This document shows positions 58,942 to 64,000 of a DNA stretch of 64,000 nucleotides, in pieces. Under the pieces are notes generated by a model. The model did not search any database. It was not told where the DNA came from and worked only from the letters and a program-made list of their open reading frames with translations. The translations under genes were made by a program, and so were the position numbers. The number at the start of each line of letters is the position of its first letter. The stretch's first letter is position 1. The stretch is taken from IMG/VR virus record IMGVR_UViG_3300032242_001844; one strand, given 5' to 3'. This stretch comes from a virus.

Positions 58942-59307
58942 ATGATTAGATGTATGACATTATTTGATATTACCAGAAATGGTGACTATCATGCCGCAGA
59001 CCAACTTAAAAATTGGCACACTTTGCTGCAAGCAATTAATATAAAATCTATTCCTACTATTCAATCTTATCCTAGAAAATTTTTTCGTAATACAGATGGG
59101 CTAGGATTTGGTAAAAAATATAGTGGTCATGAAGAAATCTGGATGTTTGATTTCAATATAGATAACTTTGATGGTGATATAACTGAGTTAGAAAACAATA
59201 TTGACCTTATACCAATGATTACTGGTTTAGAAGAAACTGCTAAAAACCTTGAACATTATACTGTTGCACAAGGAGATAACCAAAATATAGTGTTTTTATT
59301 ATTATAA
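58942..59307 (+). CDS. Hypothetical late protein
   Basis: TLFDIT, PMITGLEET; TAAGTA 5 nt before ATG. Confidence 0.7.
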   Translation: MIRCMTLFDITRNGDYHAADQLKNWHTLLQAINIKSIPTIQSYPRKFFRNTDGLGFGKKYSGHEEIWMFDFNIDNFDGDITELENNIDLIPMITGLEETAKNLEHYTVAQGDNQNIVFLLL

Positions 59308-59346
59308 GTGTCATAATAAATAATATTTGCAATGCATGGAGTTGTT

Positions 59347-59619
59347 ATGGCAAAGAAACCATATGAAATAGAGCGAACCAGTTTAGAAGCGCATGTCGAT
59401 ATCTGTGCAGAGCGTTATGAACAAATGGATACGAAAATGGATACTATGGAAGCAAGACTTGCAAAAGTTGAAACCATAGTCAGCGAAATTAAATCTATGT
59501 TAATCGAAAAAGAAACTTTGGCTTATAAAAAACTCGTTGGCTTAGGAATTGGCATTATTGGCTCACTATTAACGGCACTTTTGGGACTTATTTTATATGT
59601 TGCAAAAGCACATACTTAA
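59347..59619 (+). CDS. Coiled-coil plus C-terminal TM protein, holin/XhlA-like candidate
   Basis: SLEAHVDICAERY, coiled coil, hydrophobic C-terminus. Confidence 0.55.
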   Translation: MAKKPYEIERTSLEAHVDICAERYEQMDTKMDTMEARLAKVETIVSEIKSMLIEKETLAYKKLVGLGIGIIGSLLTALLGLILYVAKAHT

Positions 59620-59655
59620 TTGACATAAGAGACAGCGTTATGCTATTATAATATT

Positions 59656-60093
59656 ATGATAGATGAAACCGCAACTCTTAACAAAATTAAACAATTCGTC
59701 ACGGAAGAATACAGTCACCTATCTCAAAAAGGAGCAGTGATTGTAAAATCCGTGGGGAACGGATATCTTGTCAATGGTATCAATGTAAAACTTGTAGATA
59801 ACTTGTGGCAAGTAACAAACGGCAAATCGATTATTGCCAAATTGCGTCAACGACGGGTAGCTATATTGCTTGCGGCATTGGCAAGTAAACGATATTATCG
59901 TGATATTCAACGAGCGACAGTAATTGATAAACAGTTAGACATTTATCTTGGCGATAAGCAAATGTATTCTATAAGATATAAAGCTAATCCAGATAACCAA
60001 ATATATGCAGATAGGCTTGTTAATGTTGAAACTGAATTAGAATTGTTAGATCAACAGTTACACGAATTAGAGAAAACTGTCTCACTGCAATAA
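59656..60093 (+). CDS. Hypothetical protein
   Basis: TTGACA promoter-like element upstream. Confidence 0.65.
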   Translation: MIDETATLNKIKQFVTEEYSHLSQKGAVIVKSVGNGYLVNGINVKLVDNLWQVTNGKSIIAKLRQRRVAILLAALASKRYYRDIQRATVIDKQLDIYLGDKQMYSIRYKANPDNQIYADRLVNVETELELLDQQLHELEKTVSLQ

Positions 60094-60119
60094 ATACTAT
60101 TAAATGTAAGGACATTACT

Positions 60120-61058
60120 ATGTTTGTTAAAGAATTTGGAAGTGTTTCAGCCACTGAGTTGAATCAACAGTTGAACAAGGTTTATCGTTGGCAGTTAAAC
60201 TTAAATACTATCACCGAAAACGATGCATCACAAATGTTGCAAACTATTGGTAGCAAAATCAGAAAGATTAAAAGCACTAGCCAAGCTCATCATGCAGAGC
60301 GAAATCCACAATATATGGAAGCTGTAATGGTCGGAAAAATTTTAGAAACTTGGAAGAATGAAATGGCAACAAAACGCACTCGTCTTAGTGAAGCAATGCG
60401 CAGAATTGATCGTTTTTGTGCGATAAATCTTAACGAACGCGAATTGACGCCAACTGAATTAAAGAAGCGTGAGCACTACAAGGGTGCACTCGAAAAGCGC
60501 AAAGGTGAATTTAGCAAGCGTTATGGACCTCGTGGTGATGAAGTAATGTATGCTACTGCTACTAAGATGGCAAAGAATGAAAGCTATACTCTTCCACCTG
60601 CACTTACCGAGGGTGAGATTGAACAAGCCCGTGTTACCATGGCTGCTCGTGACCTTGCAGATAGCGTACAAGACATCGTTGAAAAAATCAGCGATATGCA
60701 GAACGAAAAACTTCCAGCACTTGTTAGCGCAATGAAGGATCAGATTGGCATGGACCAAGCTAACCAGTTCAGCGAAGCAACTAAGACAACTCTTTCTACT
60801 CTGCTAGATGCAGCAAATAGTGCTCGTGATGCTCTTGACAATGCTAGCCGTGCAGTTAGTGGCGGTCAACCTATGGACATGGGCGGTGGCGATGATATGG
60901 GCAGTGATATGGGCGGAGAACCAGCGCCAGATATGAATAATCCAGTAGATAGGGACGAAGCAATAACGCCGCCTCGTGATAATACCAGCGAACTTGATGC
61001 AGCAGATGCTGCTGCTGGCGGAGTTGGCGCTGAAATGGGCCGTGGTCGCAGAGCATAA
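60120..61058 (+). CDS. Putative prohead core/scaffold protein
   Basis: Helical; KRYG..G.EVMYATATKMA module; acidic Gly/Met tail; ends GRGRRA. Confidence 0.6.
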   Translation: MFVKEFGSVSATELNQQLNKVYRWQLNLNTITENDASQMLQTIGSKIRKIKSTSQAHHAERNPQYMEAVMVGKILETWKNEMATKRTRLSEAMRRIDRFCAINLNERELTPTELKKREHYKGALEKRKGEFSKRYGPRGDEVMYATATKMAKNESYTLPPALTEGEIEQARVTMAARDLADSVQDIVEKISDMQNEKLPALVSAMKDQIGMDQANQFSEATKTTLSTLLDAANSARDALDNASRAVSGGQPMDMGGGDDMGSDMGGEPAPDMNNPVDRDEAITPPRDNTSELDAADAAAGGVGAEMGRGRRA

Positions 61059-61059
61059 T

Positions 61060-61401
61060 ATGAAACTTTTTGAAGTTGCTCCAGATTTTGTAAAAGGTGA
61101 ACAAGCATTTCTCATGACAATTTTACAATATCTGCAGAGTAAAGCGAAACCAGGTGAAAAAATTCCAATGGCAAACATTGCTCGTTTAATGAATAATGCT
61201 GGTTATCAATTTAATTTTGATATCTTACAAGATATGATGGCAGATGAAGAAAACACTGGCTTAAAAGATATGATTGGCGATGCAAATCAAGACAGCATTA
61301 CGCTAGGTAAAAAATCTCCTGCCGATGATGAGTCGCTAGATGATAATAATGCGGAAGAAAAAACCGTAGATCAGATGGCAAGTAACGCAGCTAAGTTCTA
61401 A
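61060..61401 (+). CDS. Hypothetical late protein
   Basis: MKLFEV start; ends VDQMASNAAK. Confidence 0.65.
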   Translation: MKLFEVAPDFVKGEQAFLMTILQYLQSKAKPGEKIPMANIARLMNNAGYQFNFDILQDMMADEENTGLKDMIGDANQDSITLGKKSPADDESLDDNNAEEKTVDQMASNAAKF

Positions 61402-61411
61402 TAAATACTTA

Positions 61412-62323
61412 ATGCGCGTTGATGATATAGACCAGCTTACATATTTTCATGATAAACTTAATCCACAACTGTGGGATAATAATCGCTTGAAGCCGCAAGT
61501 TCGTCTTGCTCTTTTTAAAATTGCTAAAGAGTTCATCGCTTTTATTAACATTGCAGATATTAAACTAACTGATATTACTGTTAGCGGTAGCAATGCTTCA
61601 TTTAATTACACTTCAATGAGCGACATAGATTTGCATTTAATTGCAGATATTAATGGTCCATGTGAAGTAGACCTTAAAGAAATGTTTCTTGCTAAGAAAA
61701 GTGCGTTTAATGATCAGCATGACATATCTATATTTGGTCATTCCGTCGAAGTATATGTACAGAACAGTGATGAAAAACATATCTCTAATGGCATATATAG
61801 CGTATATGATGATAATTGGGTAAAATTTCCAAAGAAAATTACAGCAACGCCTGACACTTCTAATATTGAAGACAAGTATGAATATCTTCATAATGAAATT
61901 GATCAAGCAATAGACAGCGGTGATAGCGAAACAATTAATAGATTAAAGAAAAAAATTAAAACGATGCGCCAAAGTGGTCTTGAAAAAGATGGTGAATTTG
62001 GTGTTGATAACCTTGCATTTAAATTGCTACGCAATGTTGGCGATATAGAAAAATTATATAAAGCTGGAACTCAAGCAACCGATGTTGAATTAAGTATAAG
62101 TGAAGGTAATGCTTTCTTAGGTGCATTAAATACTGCTAGAAAAAATAATTTAGAATATTTTATAGTTGATGGAAAAAAATACAAAGTTAAAAAAAATAAA
62201 AAATTAGTTAAAGAAGAAGAACTATTAGAGAAGTGGAGCAAAAAGTACAAAAGTAGTATAAATTGTTCTCGTCCAAAAGGTTTTAGTCAACAGGCACACT
62301 GTGCTGGTCGTAAAAAGAAATAA
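61412..62323 (+). CDS. Pol-beta superfamily nucleotidyltransferase with C-terminal head-protein modules
   Basis: hGS (VSGSN), DIDLH, VEVYV; TAAATA 4 nt before ATG. Confidence 0.75.
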   Translation: MRVDDIDQLTYFHDKLNPQLWDNNRLKPQVRLALFKIAKEFIAFINIADIKLTDITVSGSNASFNYTSMSDIDLHLIADINGPCEVDLKEMFLAKKSAFNDQHDISIFGHSVEVYVQNSDEKHISNGIYSVYDDNWVKFPKKITATPDTSNIEDKYEYLHNEIDQAIDSGDSETINRLKKKIKTMRQSGLEKDGEFGVDNLAFKLLRNVGDIEKLYKAGTQATDVELSISEGNAFLGALNTARKNNLEYFIVDGKKYKVKKNKKLVKEEELLEKWSKKYKSSINCSRPKGFSQQAHCAGRKKK

Positions 62324-62340
62324 ATAACACGGAGCGATAA

Positions 62341-62679
62341 ATGTTTAATGCTACAAATGCCAGAATTGCAAGTGTTGATAGTGTAGTTGTTGAAACTGAA
62401 CTTGCGTTAATTAATATTAATATTATTAATGCTGTTGACAATAACCAAACATCTGTTCAGATTAAAGGCAATACATATACCATGGTAAGTGGCGCAAATA
62501 TTGCTGGTACCCCAATGACTCTTGATCCAAATTATTACAGCACTTGGCAAACTACAAATAGTAACTTATTATGCGCTGCTCAAATGACCGCTGTTATAAA
62601 CAATTTTTCTGCATTAGGTTATACTGTAAGTCGTCTAAGTCTAGATGGGACGCATATATCTTGGCAGATTAGCTGGTAA
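62341..62679 (+). CDS. Hypothetical virion protein
   Basis: Late promoter; GGAG RBS. Confidence 0.65.
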   Translation: MFNATNARIASVDSVVVETELALININIINAVDNNQTSVQIKGNTYTMVSGANIAGTPMTLDPNYYSTWQTTNSNLLCAAQMTAVINNFSALGYTVSRLSLDGTHISWQISW

Positions 62680-62722
62680 AAAAACCACTTGACATCTGGC
62701 AATTTTGTGTTATATTAATAAT

Positions 62723-63418
62723 ATGACAAATCCATATGTAACGCACAATCCGCTGTATGATTATAAACAAATCACACGAAAAGAAACTGTTGAAGGTCGT
62801 AGATATCAAACGCCAGAAGGCGATGTTGTTGCTAGCGTAACCACCATTCTTGATAAGACAAAGAGTGAAGAAAAGAAGAAATCATTATACGAGTGGAAAA
62901 AGCGTGTAGGTACGGTAAAAGCACAAGCTATTACTACTGAAGCCGCTGGTCGTGGAACTTCAATGCATAAGCAGTTAGAAAATTGGCTTGAAACTGGAGA
63001 ATTAAAAACAGGCAGTAATTTAGTTCATGCTGATGCTGCTAAGATGGCAACTACTATCATTGAAAATTATATGAAAGGTCAGATGCAAGAGTATTGGGGC
63101 ATGGAAACTGCGCTATACTATCCGCAACTTTATGCTGGCACAACTGACCTTGTAGGTGTTTATAATGGTAAACCAAGTATTATAGACTATAAACAAACTA
63201 ATAAGCCTAAGAAAACTGAATGGATTTCGGATTACTTTATCCAAGGTGCCGCATATGCTGCTGCACATAACGAGTTGTTTGGCACAGACATATCACAAAT
63301 TGTAATCTTAATGTGTAGTAAAGACTGTGAACCACAGCGTTGGATTATTTGTGGTGAAGAGTTTGATAAATGGACAGAAATTTGGTGGGACAGACTTTGG
63401 CAGTTCTATGCTGAATAA
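62723..63418 (+). CDS. PD-(D/E)xK exonuclease
   Basis: SVTTIL, RGTSMH, YAGTTD, IIDYKQ, Q..AY; early promoter at 62689..62716. Confidence 0.85.
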   Translation: MTNPYVTHNPLYDYKQITRKETVEGRRYQTPEGDVVASVTTILDKTKSEEKKKSLYEWKKRVGTVKAQAITTEAAGRGTSMHKQLENWLETGELKTGSNLVHADAAKMATTIIENYMKGQMQEYWGMETALYYPQLYAGTTDLVGVYNGKPSIIDYKQTNKPKKTEWISDYFIQGAAYAAAHNELFGTDISQIVILMCSKDCEPQRWIICGEEFDKWTEIWWDRLWQFYAE

Positions 63419-63449
63419 CCATAAATATCTCTAAAGAGAGATATTCCAT

Positions 63450-64000
63450 ATGGCAATCGTTCAAATTTCCCGTATAGCCCATCGCAGCGGTCTACTAGAA
63501 AATTTACCACAACTAGCTAAAGCTGAACTTGGCTACAGCGTTGATCAACGCCGTCTTTTTATTGGTAATGGTCAACTTGTTGATGGTGCACCAGAAACTG
63601 GCAATACAGAAATTCTTACTGAGTACAGCGATATCTTAAATTTAGCTAATAGCTATACCTTTAAGAATAATGACGCTGGTTATAACCCACAAACAGGAAA
63701 TGCTAAAGCACAATATAATGCCATAGCTTGGAATGGAACAATATATGTTGCAGTTGGTACTTCTGGTCACATTCTAACTAGTACAGATGCTATAAACTGG
63801 AATAATACTAACAGTGGCACAACTAGTGATTTATTAGGCGTTACTTACGGTCTAAATTATTTTGTGGCAGTTGGTGCTAACGGTACAGTTCTTTATAGTA
63901 GCAATGGCACAGTTTGGAATCAAGGCACACAGACTTATAGTTCATCAGTATCATATACAAGTGGAACAGTTGTTAGCTATAGTGGTAATTCATACCTTTG
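63450..64000 (+). CDS. Tail fibre/receptor-binding protein (Mtd-N-like N-terminus, beta-propeller repeats), truncated
   Basis: MAIVQISRIAHRSG..LPQLAKAELG..D.RRLFIGNG; YVAVGTSG..LTS.D..NW repeats; absent from ORF track because it is open at the edge. Confidence 0.8.
   Translation, partial: MAIVQISRIAHRSGLLENLPQLAKAELGYSVDQRRLFIGNGQLVDGAPETGNTEILTEYSDILNLANSYTFKNNDAGYNPQTGNAKAQYNAIAWNGTIYVAVGTSGHILTSTDAINWNNTNSGTTSDLLGVTYGLNYFVAVGANGTVLYSSNGTVWNQGTQTYSSSVSYTSGTVVSYSGNSYL

Noticed and set aside
62723-63418. Cas4-like nuclease suggesting CRISPR
   Set aside because: No array or other cas genes seen; lacks the Fe-S cysteine set
63450-64000. Mtd-like N-terminus suggesting a diversity-generating retroelement
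   Set aside because: No reverse transcriptase or TR/VR pair in the window; this N-domain is common in tail fibres
1-64000. Stop-codon reassignment
   Set aside because: Core genes are full length in the standard code and no suppressor tRNA was seen

Overview
This 64-kb window is part of a large, AT-rich myovirus-type dsDNA phage genome, distantly T4-related, with T4 gene order scrambled. Virion genes: neck gp13, an enlarged 1103-aa tail sheath, tail tube, a gp54/gp19-like junction protein, gp4 head completion nuclease, terminase and a truncated Mtd-N tail fibre. Replication and recombination genes: gp32 SSB, UvsX, UvsY, UvsW, gp62-like clamp loader subunit, primase, DnaB/gp41 helicase, dNMP kinase, a PD-(D/E)xK exonuclease and a 186-aa minimal DnaE-like polymerase core. 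Other content: two free-standing endonucleases, tRNA-Ala(UGC), a GDP-sugar/branched-sugar cluster and scattered AT-rich modification enzymes (radical SAM, Asp/Asn hydroxylase-like, GT-like). A Rhizobiales-style outer-membrane beta-barrel suggests an alphaproteobacterial host (inference). Regulatory grammar is readable: TTGACA-N16/17 sigma70 promoters and TAA(A/G)TA late promoters, many 4-6 nt before the ATG. Best candidate for an undescribed system: late proteins sharing a T4 internal-protein-like N-terminal tag (MRASEFISE type), a recurring (I/M)-K-x-L-(A/S)-G-(L/I) motif and swappable Glu-flanked peptide modules. The set includes a Pol-beta nucleotidyltransferase, a GH73 muralytic enzyme, a paralogous trio and a 1022-aa polyprotein-like gene, consistent with head-packaged, protease-processed, injected cargo. 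All family assignments are from motif recognition by eye; no database searches were run.
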